A stretch of DNA of 64,000 bases from the IMG/VR virus record IMGVR_UViG_3300009499_000053. One strand, 5' to 3'. The notes below the pieces were generated by a model, which worked only from the letters and a program-made list of their open reading frames with translations, was not told the DNA's origin and did not search any database. The stretch is from a virus. Below are positions 20,735-29,931 of this stretch, piece after piece (position 1 is the stretch's first letter; each line of letters begins with the position of its first letter). Both the position numbers and the translations under genes were made by a program.

Positions 20735-21417
20735 TACTTTGACTAGGGGACAAGTAAACCCCTTTTTTATTAAATAGGAAGTGATGGATTGAAAGGAAGA
20801 TTAAATAAACCTAAGTCCTGTCCTGAATGTGGTGGAGACCTTAAATGGAATGGTCTGCTAAGACTCTATACATGCACTAGTTGTGGTATAGAGATGACTG
20901 AGGATAGGAGAAGAGAGTTAAGTTTCCACAGAAGAGCAGAAAAGAAAGATCGGATCAAAGAGTATGTGGATTGGTGGCTCTCAAAGAAATGATAAATAAA
21001 GAATTCTGGAATAGATTCTTCCATCCTGAAGAATATTGTGTTTTTAGAGGTCCAGAATACTTAGGATTTGTAACCCCAAGAGTTCGACACAAGTGTATGT
21101 ATAATCCTTATAACAGATTCTGTAAAGGAGCATGTCGATATCTCAAGTTCGATGGGGATAATAATTATGAGGATTAAATGCTCTCATATCAAGAAACTAA
21201 AAGTATTAGAAGAATCTGCAGAGAAACTGGGAAAGGAACTTTCTGTAATTCGCTTTATTTCATATTTCAAACTGGCTCAGGAATACTGTAAGCACCAAGA
21301 TGCAAGGAATGCCTTGGAGAGAAGCCTAAGATATTGTATCCCATGTAAGAATACCCCATGTCGTTTCTCAAAGAAAGCACACAAAATCTTTTGGAGAGTC
21401 TTTTGGAAGGATCAGGA

Positions 21418-22386
21418 ATGAATAGAGAAATATACCTAAAGTCACAGAACAAAGATGTTATTACACTGTACATTAGACCAGATACCTCTATACAGAAGGT
21501 AATGGCCCTTCTAAAGAGAGAGGAACCGATTATCTCTAACATAAAGAGTAGGGTAACTCGTCAGGGAATACAAAACTCATTCCAGAGACTTAAGTCATTC
21601 CTAAGAGGAGCACCACCTTCTCTAAGTGGGTATATCATCTGTTGTATGCCTGGTAAACTTGTCTACATTAATGATATCAGGGTAGAACAGGATAAGTACT
21701 TCTGTGGAGGAGAGTTCTATGCTGTTCCTCTTGAAAGTGTTATGACTGCTAAACTGAATCCCATAGGTATTCTAACACTTGACTCTAAGGAGGCCACAAT
21801 AGCCTACATAGGTAACAAGATAGAAATCATTAAGAATATGACCTCTGGAATACCAGGGAAACATGGTAAGGGCGGACAGTCAGAGGCTAGATTCACTAGG
21901 AATAGACAGGAGCAGGTCAAACAATTCTACAAGAGGGTTGGGAAGGCATGTTCAGTCTTTGTAACTGCATACCCAATCACTGAACTTATAGTCGCTGGGT
22001 GTGGGATAACTAAGGAAGGATTCCTCAAGGGAAAGTATATGGACTACCGTCTAAATGACAAAGTTTCTGTGGTCCTGGATACACAATACACCGGTGAGTA
22101 TGGAGTCAGAGAAGCACTACATAAGGCACTTCCCGGTCTAAGGAAGAATGCATTTGCTCATGAGGTAAGGGCTGTAGAAGAGTTCTTTAATCTCCTAGGG
22201 AAACAGTTTCACTGTGTAGTCTATGGAGAGAACGAAGTACAGAAAGAACTTCATCTAATTAACAGGATCATTAAGATCGAGGAATACAAGAAGGAGTATC
22301 CAAAGGAAACAACTGTACTGCACTTCCAAGGAGATCACTACCTTAAGATTAAAAACTTAGGTGGAGTTGTGGGAATCAAATGCTAG
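21418..22386 (+). CDS. prf1: archaeal peptide chain release factor aRF1 (compact C-domain)
   Basis: NIKS, YFCGGEF (YxCxxxF), KHGKGGQS. Confidence 0.93.
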   Translation: MNREIYLKSQNKDVITLYIRPDTSIQKVMALLKREEPIISNIKSRVTRQGIQNSFQRLKSFLRGAPPSLSGYIICCMPGKLVYINDIRVEQDKYFCGGEFYAVPLESVMTAKLNPIGILTLDSKEATIAYIGNKIEIIKNMTSGIPGKHGKGGQSEARFTRNRQEQVKQFYKRVGKACSVFVTAYPITELIVAGCGITKEGFLKGKYMDYRLNDKVSVVLDTQYTGEYGVREALHKALPGLRKNAFAHEVRAVEEFFNLLGKQFHCVVYGENEVQKELHLINRIIKIEEYKKEYPKETTVLHFQGDHYLKIKNLGGVVGIKC

Positions 22387-22775
22387 ACTCTAAGAAACTA
22401 TGGACAAAACTCTTTAATAGAAAGGAGAACTGTGCACATCGTGGATACTTATTCTATCATGGTTGTAGTAGAAAATATGAATCTCATTGCCTTAGAAGAT
22501 GGAAAGACGATGGTTACAAATACTACTATCCCGTTTGTAAGGAAATCTGTAACTTCTTTAAGAGGAAAAGATAGAAATGGATAAGGAAGCTAAAGTCAAA
22601 CAATTCTACTGTGAACTATTTGATGATCATGAGTGGGATCAGTATGGTAAACACTTTTGGAAGGATGGACTAGAGTACGCTCGTCTAAAGTGTACCAAGT
22701 GTGGTAAGAAGAAAGTAGAGACAGTACCAGCGTTCCTTAGTACACCTTTTGTGTATCTAGTAAGGAGAGAGATAA

Positions 22776-23084
22776 TTGAAGATTGATCTTAAAATAACAT
22801 ACTACTACATAGTCAACACAGACCTCAAAATGAGTAAGGGGAAGATAGCAGCCCAAGTATCCCACGTAGCTATGAAGCTTGGGAAGGAGTATGGGACTAT
22901 TGGTAGGGCAATAGTACTGAAGGGTAATACAATGATACTTAACAAACTAATGGGTCTCCATGATGTTGTGTGTATAATAGATGCTGGACTAACAGAAGTA
23001 CCCAAGGGTTCATTAACATGTATAGGCTTCAGAAAGGGAAGTAACTATCCATCTGAATTGGCTACTAAATTAAAACTATTGTAG
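22776..23084 (+). CDS. pth2: peptidyl-tRNA hydrolase Pth2
   Basis: DLKMSKGKIAAQVSH, IIDAGLTEVPKGSLTCIG. Confidence 0.93.
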   Translation: MKIDLKITYYYIVNTDLKMSKGKIAAQVSHVAMKLGKEYGTIGRAIVLKGNTMILNKLMGLHDVVCIIDAGLTEVPKGSLTCIGFRKGSNYPSELATKLKLL

Positions 23085-23094
23085 GTGTGATTGA

Positions 23095-23355
23095 ATGTCT
23101 AATTGTCCCCTCTGTAAAATGGAGATTATGGATGGTTTCAAGATAGTAGTTGTTCCCTGTCTAAGACATCCTAAGTGTTGGATGATTGTCTGGGGAGATC
23201 ATGTAGAAGACCCAGGCCCAGAGGTCACGAAGAAACTTAGAGAAATTATGCAGATACTCTTTCCAGGAATTAAGCTTAAGGACTCTCATACGTCAGGAAG
23301 GGCTGAGATTCCTGATCATTATCATCTTCATGAAATAAGTTCGTGTGGGAAATGA
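23095..23355 (+). CDS. HIT-like protein
   Basis: N-terminal CPLC and C-terminal HYHLH. Confidence 0.5.
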   Translation: MSNCPLCKMEIMDGFKIVVVPCLRHPKCWMIVWGDHVEDPGPEVTKKLREIMQILFPGIKLKDSHTSGRAEIPDHYHLHEISSCGK

Positions 23356-23753
23356 AAGAAGACATAAAGTTCGAAGTAGGTAGTCCAGAAGAAAAGGAAC
23401 TAAGGAGTAACCTACTACACATAGTTTACCACGGAACTAATAAAGAGAATGCTGAGATGATACTAAAGGAAGGATTCAAACCCGGTACGTACTTTGCTAA
23501 GAATCTAGCAGAGGCACTGATGTACGGTGGTGGGCATGTATTCGAAGTATTGATGAAACACAAACATGATCCTTACTGGTTCGAACACTTTAGATGTTGG
23601 CAGATAAGCAACAAGAACCACTTACCAATTAGCAAGATAATAACCCTGAGGGTGTACTCAAGGAAAGACATTTTTGCTGATGAGTCAATCAGAAAGGAAG
23701 TAGGAAGGAGAGGCATTGAATACTACAATAAAGTCGGTAGATACTTGCGATAA
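23343..23753 (+). CDS. ADP-ribosyltransferase-fold protein
   Basis: VYHGT..ILKEGFK..GTYFA..A..Y pattern. Confidence 0.55.
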   Translation: MWEMKEDIKFEVGSPEEKELRSNLLHIVYHGTNKENAEMILKEGFKPGTYFAKNLAEALMYGGGHVFEVLMKHKHDPYWFEHFRCWQISNKNHLPISKIITLRVYSRKDIFADESIRKEVGRRGIEYYNKVGRYLR

Positions 23754-24385
23754 AGAAAACTTAGAGGAATTTTGGTGTAGTGTCTTTGGTCACAGGTACA
23801 GATTATCAGGTTATATTGGGGTAGCAGCAGGGAATAACTACTGGAAGAACATTACCGCTTGTGAATGGGAATGTTTAAAATGTGGTAAGTCCACTACTGT
23901 AGTAGGGAAAGTAGAAACATTCAATCCTCCTAAAGATGGAAAAGTGGTGTTTTAGAATGGTTAAGTTTAATTCAAAGACGAAAGGTAAAGAGAAGAAAGA
24001 GTTAAAGAAGCTTCAGGAAGAGTTTAATCCCTCTGCTCGTGATCCTTATCCTAACAAGGAAGACAAAGAGGAGAAAGCTGATCAATCGATAAATTCCTTG
24101 GAGGCTTTAGCTGCTGCTATGATGGCTGAGGGTAAGTCCTACGAGAAAAAGAAGAAGGACAAAGAAGATAAAGTAGGTGAATGAATAAATGGAAGTATGT
24201 TTGTGTGATAATTGTCGCAAGCAATTAAAATGGAAACCAGAGGAAAGAGGTTATTCTTTAAAAATTACCCTTTACAAACCTTGGTGTTGTGAATGTTATA
24301 GAAGTAAACATGAGGAAACTAATCTTGGTTTCTGCTCTAAGAAATGTTTAGTTGAATGGCTTTCAAAAGAGAGGAATGAATAGAC

Positions 24386-24392
24386 TTATATA
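24386..24392 (+). promoter_or_regulatory. TATA box driving the ncRNA cluster
   Basis: TTATATA ~30 nt upstream of the first RNA at 24423. Confidence 0.55.
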
Positions 24393-24422
24393 GGCTTATT
24401 ACCCATAACTAATAATATACAT

Positions 24423-24491
24423 GGAGTACTGTAGGTAACGGTTACTTCTATTGACATACTATAATAAGCCCGTTTCCGTCCGTTTGTCTCC
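24423..24491 (+). ncRNA. short Y RNA-like RNA (no tRNA domain)
   Basis: 5' and 3' strands homologous to the terminal stem of the 24627-24774 RNA. Confidence 0.55.
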
Positions 24492-24503
24492 TGTATAATC
24501 AAA

Positions 24504-24620
24504 GTCACAATGGGATCATCCTGTGCTTGCAGGAGTGGCGACATAACAAGTGTTCCCTTGAGCAAGGTAAATGTCGCAATGCTGGTGACGAAGCTCAGGT
24601 TGCTAGTATCCCCATATGAC
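24504..24620 (+). ncRNA. cloverleaf-like structured RNA
   Basis: closing stem GTCA..ATGGG/CCCAT.TGAC plus three internal hairpins. Confidence 0.5.
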
Positions 24621-24626
24621 ATCATA

Positions 24627-24774
24627 GTCACCGGAGAGGTACTGTAGAGATTGGTTACTTCACCCTTCAGAGGTAGTGGTCCAGGTTCGAGCCCTGGTGA
24701 GTCCCTCGGGACTTGTAGCATAACTGGTAGTGCACTTCTGTCACCGTCCTCGCCCGTTCGTCCTCTCCACTGAC
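24627..24774 (+). ncRNA. YrlA-like Y RNA with circularly permuted tRNA-like domain
   Basis: order is T-arm, loop-closed acceptor stem, D-arm, on a long terminal stem; 0.9 kb from TROVE gene. Confidence 0.7.
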
Positions 24775-25249
24775 ATTCTTTTAATTGGAAGGATTGAGAT
24801 GGATGAAAGAAGCACGGCAGTAATATCTGCAATTCTATTGATAATAGGCTTAATTTGTCTAGCAGTAAGTTATACAATATTTTCTATGAATCTACCTACT
24901 GGATTTTATGTTAGAGCTATATCTCAATTGACAGCCCTTGGAGGACTCTCTCTTACACCAGCTGGAATCTTCGGATTTGCTTTGATAGGCATTAGACGAT
25001 TCATAAAATGGTTGATAAATTAAGTTTAGAAGGTAATTAGAAATTGTCACATACAAAAACATATTTCAAAGAAACCGGTAAGAATAAGATTCTATTATGG
25101 ATCTTTAGAAGAGTAAAAAACCTAGCCTTTTGGATTAGATCCAGATGTGATCACCATGATTGTAATAAATGCATAAATCATGATCAATATGGATGTCTAT
25201 TGGATTGGCATGATGGAGATTGTTCATTCAAAGAGGAAGGTAATTAGAA

Positions 25250-25687
25250 ATGGGTGGTAAGGTCCGAACGTTTGAAGTAGAGGAATTAAAAGAACTTCTT
25301 TCTAAGAGCAACTTCAAGTACAGTGAGATACATGGAAAGTCAATCAAAGAAAGATTAGAACTTCTGTTAGGATTTCTAAATAACCGATTTGGGGTAAAGT
25401 TTCTCCTAGTAGGAACAACTGATTGTGGTGCATCTTCTTCTTTTAGAGGATCCCCAGCAGGAAACCCTCCAACTCTACCTAAGACAATTACCTTTAACTT
25501 CAGGGGAAAGTACTCACATACCGTTAAACATGCTGTCTATGTCTTCTGTCATGAGTATGGACACTTGTTATTAAATGAACTGGGATGGAAGGACTATGAG
25601 GAGTATTGTAATCAGTTTGCTGATATGATACTACTAGAGTTAGGAACACTTGCCCCAGATTTTCTTTATGGTGATATAGATGCCTAA
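25250..25687 (+). CDS. HEXXH metallopeptidase-like (ImmA/IrrE-like)
   Basis: FCHEYGH..EEYCNQFA. Confidence 0.6.
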   Translation: MGGKVRTFEVEELKELLSKSNFKYSEIHGKSIKERLELLLGFLNNRFGVKFLLVGTTDCGASSSFRGSPAGNPPTLPKTITFNFRGKYSHTVKHAVYVFCHEYGHLLLNELGWKDYEEYCNQFADMILLELGTLAPDFLYGDIDA

Positions 25688-26132
25688 AACGTTGAAAGAG
25701 ACAATAAGAGTCTCTCTGGATAAGGATAAGTCTAAGACAGAGAACACTGAAGGCGGAGAAGCCTTTAGGATGTCTAAGAAGACAGAACTATACGAAAGAG
25801 TAATGACTTCCTTAATGGAAGGAAAGTTCTACGATCCTGATAGTCAGGGTACAAGACAGGCAATAGCTGATCTAATTGAACAGATGGAGAAGATCGATCC
25901 AGAGTTTCCACTTAAGTTAGCCTCTTATGCTAGGAATGAGATGCACCTACGAAGTGTACCCATATTCATAGCTGTAGAAGCTGCTAAGCATGAGAATATG
26001 AAGAAGCTTCTACCAAAGTGGCTTCCAAGTATAATCCAAAGAGCAGATGAATTAACAGAGATTATAGCCCATTACATAGAAGAGAACGGTCCGATAGGAG
26101 ATAGTAAGACAGGAGTAACTAAAGATGCATGA
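25680..26132 (+). CDS. Ro60/TROVE protein, N-terminal fragment
   Basis: NTEGGEAF, FYD, DPEF..KLASYARNEMHLRSVP, IIQRADEL. Confidence 0.85.
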   Translation: MPKTLKETIRVSLDKDKSKTENTEGGEAFRMSKKTELYERVMTSLMEGKFYDPDSQGTRQAIADLIEQMEKIDPEFPLKLASYARNEMHLRSVPIFIAVEAAKHENMKKLLPKWLPSIIQRADELTEIIAHYIEENGPIGDSKTGVTKDA

Positions 26133-26436
26133 GAATAAACACTGTGAAATTGATAAGGCCATATTCGGCCAGGAATATCCTGCAATTCATGAATGGATAG
26201 ATGAGTTCTTCCCAAACTACCAAGATTGGGAACATTGGAAAGAAAGACATCACCTTACTGCTATCCGAGAGAAATATAAAGAGGGCTCTAATGAGTATCT
26301 TTCTGCACTCTTGCATATTATCTGTGACTGGATTAGTCATGTAAAAGCATTTGAACTTCCTACAGATAGAAAGGAAACTCTAGAAATGTTAACCAACTAT
26401 TGTCTAATTTCAGGGGATGATAAAAATGTTAAGTAA
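26125..26436 (+). CDS. His-rich hypothetical protein inserted within the TROVE gene
   Basis: HCE..FG..IHEWID..HWKERHH..HIICD; overlaps both TROVE fragments. Confidence 0.6.
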   Translation: MHENKHCEIDKAIFGQEYPAIHEWIDEFFPNYQDWEHWKERHHLTAIREKYKEGSNEYLSALLHIICDWISHVKAFELPTDRKETLEMLTNYCLISGDDKNVK

Positions 26437-27571
26437 CCCATTAAAGAAAGGCCTTCAAGAAGCTATTCATAAATTCAGAGAGTACCACTTTGCTAAGTAC
26501 AAGGGAAGAGGTAAAGCTGTTACAATGAAGGATGTCCTGAGGTTAGTTCACCCTAAACCTAGAAATGAAGAAGAGAGTGCACTATTCAAGAAGATCATAG
26601 AGGGTACACTTACACCTCCAAAGACATGGGAGGTATTCATAAGTACCAACGGTGCTAGTAAGAAGAACTGGGAGATCATCATGTCCAAGATGGGTATCAT
26701 GGCTCAACTTAGGAATCTTAGAAACTTTGCTAAGTATGGCTGTAACGTAGACTCAGTAATAAGGAACCTAAACAATGAAACTACAATCCTTAAGAGTAAA
26801 CAGTTTCCATTCAGATTCTTCTCAGCATATAAGGCTCTAGCCCAAGGTATGCGTGAGATTCCAGCTAAGTATCATCCTTTGACTCAACATCTGATGGATG
26901 CTGTACAAGATGCTATGGCAATCTCAGTAAAGAACTTACCAGTCATTCCAGGAATAACATTCATGACTGCTGATAACTCGTCCTCAATGGGTGGTCTTTT
27001 ATCTGAAAGAGGTTCAGTTTCCTATAGTGATGTAGCTAATCTTCTACAGGCCATAGCTTACCGGATCTCAGATCAGGCTGTAACATCTGTCTTCGGACAA
27101 GAGTTTGCTATTGTTCCTGTAAGTCAGAGATCAACTATCATAGATAACATGTTAAAGTTCAAGAACACAGATGTAGGACACTCAACAAATGCTTACCTAG
27201 CCTTTGAGTGGCTACTAAATAACAAAATCAAGGTTGATAGGATCCTTCTATTCTCAGACATGCAATGCTATCGTGACTCAGGATATTCTACAGACACTGT
27301 GGCTTCTCTTCTTAGAGAGTACAGAGCCAGTATTAGTCCTGGATGTAGGTTCTATTCCTTCGATCTAACAGGGTATGGAACACTAAAGACACCAGAGAAA
27401 GAGACCTACCTGGTAGCAGGATGGTCAGAGAAGGTTCTTAACTTCATAGAACTGAATGAGACCAAAGGAGTCTCAGCAGTAAAAAAGGTGGAGGCGTATG
27501 AGCCCTTCAAAAAGAAAACACAAAGAAAGAAGACCACTTCCAAATCCAAAACTACCCAGAAAGTTAGGTAA
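26417..27571 (+). CDS. Ro60/TROVE protein, C-terminal fragment with VWA domain
   Basis: LKKGL..F.EY.FAKY, DVLRLVHPKP, TWE, AQLRNLRN, FPFRFFSAY, MIDAS DNSSSM, FSDMQ. Confidence 0.9.
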   Translation: MIKMLSNPLKKGLQEAIHKFREYHFAKYKGRGKAVTMKDVLRLVHPKPRNEEESALFKKIIEGTLTPPKTWEVFISTNGASKKNWEIIMSKMGIMAQLRNLRNFAKYGCNVDSVIRNLNNETTILKSKQFPFRFFSAYKALAQGMREIPAKYHPLTQHLMDAVQDAMAISVKNLPVIPGITFMTADNSSSMGGLLSERGSVSYSDVANLLQAIAYRISDQAVTSVFGQEFAIVPVSQRSTIIDNMLKFKNTDVGHSTNAYLAFEWLLNNKIKVDRILLFSDMQCYRDSGYSTDTVASLLREYRASISPGCRFYSFDLTGYGTLKTPEKETYLVAGWSEKVLNFIELNETKGVSAVKKVEAYEPFKKKTQRKKTTSKSKTTQKVR

Positions 27572-28050
27572 ACTCCTAGTATATGGAGTAACTGAGGATA
27601 ACATCCTAGCCTTTCAACTAGGAGCACACGGTATCTACCTGGTTAGAACTGTCCAGATAGAGACCTCTGAAGAGAAGAGACTAAACCCAATGATGGCTGT
27701 TATTCGTTACAACGCAGACAAGGATATCTACTGTTTCTTAAAGAACACAGATATTTTGTCCTTTAGGATATTCAAACATGCCATCTTCAAGACTAAAGCA
27801 AGAACCAAGGCATTCTTCTACTCAGTAGCTAACAATATTCTAGGTCTAGCCAAGGGTAAAGTTCTTAGGATCAAGTCTAAACATCAGAAACTTAGAAAGG
27901 AACTCTATGACATTGCAGTCAAGGTAAACGAAGAAGGAAAATTCGAATGTAGCTTTGACTATGATAAGTATGATCTACTCCTTGAGTTGAAGAAATTCAA
28001 CACTAAAGACAAGACTTGGTTCGTGGTAACAACAATAGGATTGGACGATA

Positions 28051-29289
28051 TTGTCTCAACAGGTAAATCTTCATGAGATACCTCCGAGACGAAGACTGGT
28101 CGAAATACATCAAAAACTAGTAAGAGTTCGGTCCCTTCGGACACTTCGTTCTAGGGTATGTGAGTACCTTCAGTGCGGAGGATCAGAAGTTAAGGAGTTT
28201 CACTACAAGATAAATGGTCATGATTGGAAAGGGATCATCTATCTTAAGAGGAACAACCTAATGGGATCAATTTTCTCTCTTTTTGATAACAAAGTCTTCA
28301 TCATCAGAGGTTTTCCTAAGATAAGATACACTTCTAACTCCCGAGTGAGGGATAGGGTCTGTGTCGCAGAGGAGAAAGTAGATGGTACCAACATTGGTAT
28401 CTGGGCTTTCCCCGATGGTTCTATTATGGGAAAAACTAGGATGGTTGAGAGATGGGACAAAGGTTCTAAGAGGGCAAAGGAGTATGGTAGTTGGAAGAGG
28501 AAGTTTGCACATGTTCCTTGTCATAGTAGAATCTATAAACTAGCCAGAGAGGGGTTCCTAGTATACGTGGAACTATACGGTTATCATAACTCTGGAGAGT
28601 TTGTTAAATACACTACTCCAATGGCTTACAAGGTTATAGGGATAGTAAACTTAGAAACGTATCACTTCTTACCTAGGCCAAGAGTAGAACAGTTATGTTC
28701 AGCATACAACCTTGAAGTTGTTCCAGTCTACTACAAAGGTACACTTACAGCTAAAGAGGTACGAAAGATGGAAGTAGACCTGGAACAGGAAATGGCACTA
28801 GATGGAATGGAAGGTCTGGTTGCTAAGTACTGGGATGAGAAAGACAAAGATTCCTACTTCTGTAAGATTAAGTGTGACAGGATTAAAGAGGTCTGTTGGA
28901 AGATTAGCCGTTCTCTTATACCAGCTGCTATGATACGGAAGTGTATTAAGAAAGCACTGGATGAAAACTTAGGAGAAACACGAATAGAGATTATCTATCC
29001 TGTAGTCGTAGAGGAACTAACAGAAGACTTTGATGAGGCTATCCTAGAGACTTCACAGGGAAAGATTAAGGGTCTAATCCGTTACATGACAACTCCCTCA
29101 GATGTGGTTCTTAAGGCTAGGGTCGTAGAGGTAATGAAGAAGATGAAAGCCCTAGACGTAGATATAGAGAATCCTAAGAAGAAAGGAGAGGTTCTCTCAG
29201 GACTACATGATAAACTAGGGGATATTGGTGGAGGAACATTGTTCAAACTCTACAACGAAGTCCTATTGGAGATGAAAGGAAAATGGTAG
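28051..29289 (+). CDS. ATP-dependent RNA ligase
   Basis: RGFPK, motif I EKVDGTN, ELYG, motif IV EGLV, motif V KIK. Confidence 0.85.
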   Translation: MSQQVNLHEIPPRRRLVEIHQKLVRVRSLRTLRSRVCEYLQCGGSEVKEFHYKINGHDWKGIIYLKRNNLMGSIFSLFDNKVFIIRGFPKIRYTSNSRVRDRVCVAEEKVDGTNIGIWAFPDGSIMGKTRMVERWDKGSKRAKEYGSWKRKFAHVPCHSRIYKLAREGFLVYVELYGYHNSGEFVKYTTPMAYKVIGIVNLETYHFLPRPRVEQLCSAYNLEVVPVYYKGTLTAKEVRKMEVDLEQEMALDGMEGLVAKYWDEKDKDSYFCKIKCDRIKEVCWKISRSLIPAAMIRKCIKKALDENLGETRIEIIYPVVVEELTEDFDEAILETSQGKIKGLIRYMTTPSDVVLKARVVEVMKKMKALDVDIENPKKKGEVLSGLHDKLGDIGGGTLFKLYNEVLLEMKGKW

Positions 29290-29334
29290 GGAAAGGCTTA
29301 AAGATGACAACTCCCTCATATACTCTGAGAAGCA

Positions 29335-29931
29335 ATGACAATCAGAGAGAAAAGCAAAGTCGTTTCATTAAGGGGTCCAGCTGGTTATCATAAGGTAACT
29401 GAGAAAGACGAAAGTGGTCATGCAGTTACAATAGACACTGATCATCACTTAGTCCACGTAGGAAGATATTTCATCGTAGATGACATTGATATTGAGGTTG
29501 ACATTGCTGCTCCTAAAATATGGTACTTTGAAACCCCAGATGATGACACGCGTATCCATATATACTTCCAGGGGAGTGTATCCAATGCAGGGACATTTGA
29601 ACTCTTTGAAGGCGGATCAGTCTCTGTTCTAGGAAGCGCAGTATCACCAACTAATCTAGATCGTAATTCTACCAGAGAATCAAAAATGAACTTCTATAGA
29701 GATTCAACTGTCGGAGATCTTGGTACATTTCGTATGGGAGTCTTCCTAGGCGGAGCTTCTCCAACCCCAGTACCAATAGGTGGGTCCGCAGATCGTAGGA
29801 CTGAAATGATTCTTAAGAAAGCAGAGAAGTACATTGTTAGATTCTCTCCAGTAAACAACGATACTGTTGTAAATATCTCCTTCAAATGGTATGAAGCAGA
29901 ATATCCGTCTGATGACATTATAGATCCTTAG
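29335..29931 (+). CDS. beta-rich protein, possibly a virion structural protein
   Basis: acidic, beta-strand-rich, C-terminal WYE; composition unlike the Lys-rich neighbours. Confidence 0.35.
   Translation: MTIREKSKVVSLRGPAGYHKVTEKDESGHAVTIDTDHHLVHVGRYFIVDDIDIEVDIAAPKIWYFETPDDDTRIHIYFQGSVSNAGTFELFEGGSVSVLGSAVSPTNLDRNSTRESKMNFYRDSTVGDLGTFRMGVFLGGASPTPVPIGGSADRRTEMILKKAEKYIVRFSPVNNDTVVNISFKWYEAEYPSDDIIDP

Noticed and set aside
24661-24675. Apparent TCA (Sec/opal suppressor) anticodon in CC-CTTCAGA-GG
   Set aside because: Only a 3-bp stem. CAGAGGT pairs better with ACTTCTG downstream of the D-arm in the permuted fold, and no upstream acceptor 5' strand exists.
24386-24877. 163-aa minus-strand ORF, and minus-strand ORFs generally
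   Set aside because: Antisense shadows of + strand genes or structured RNAs, with no recognisable motifs.
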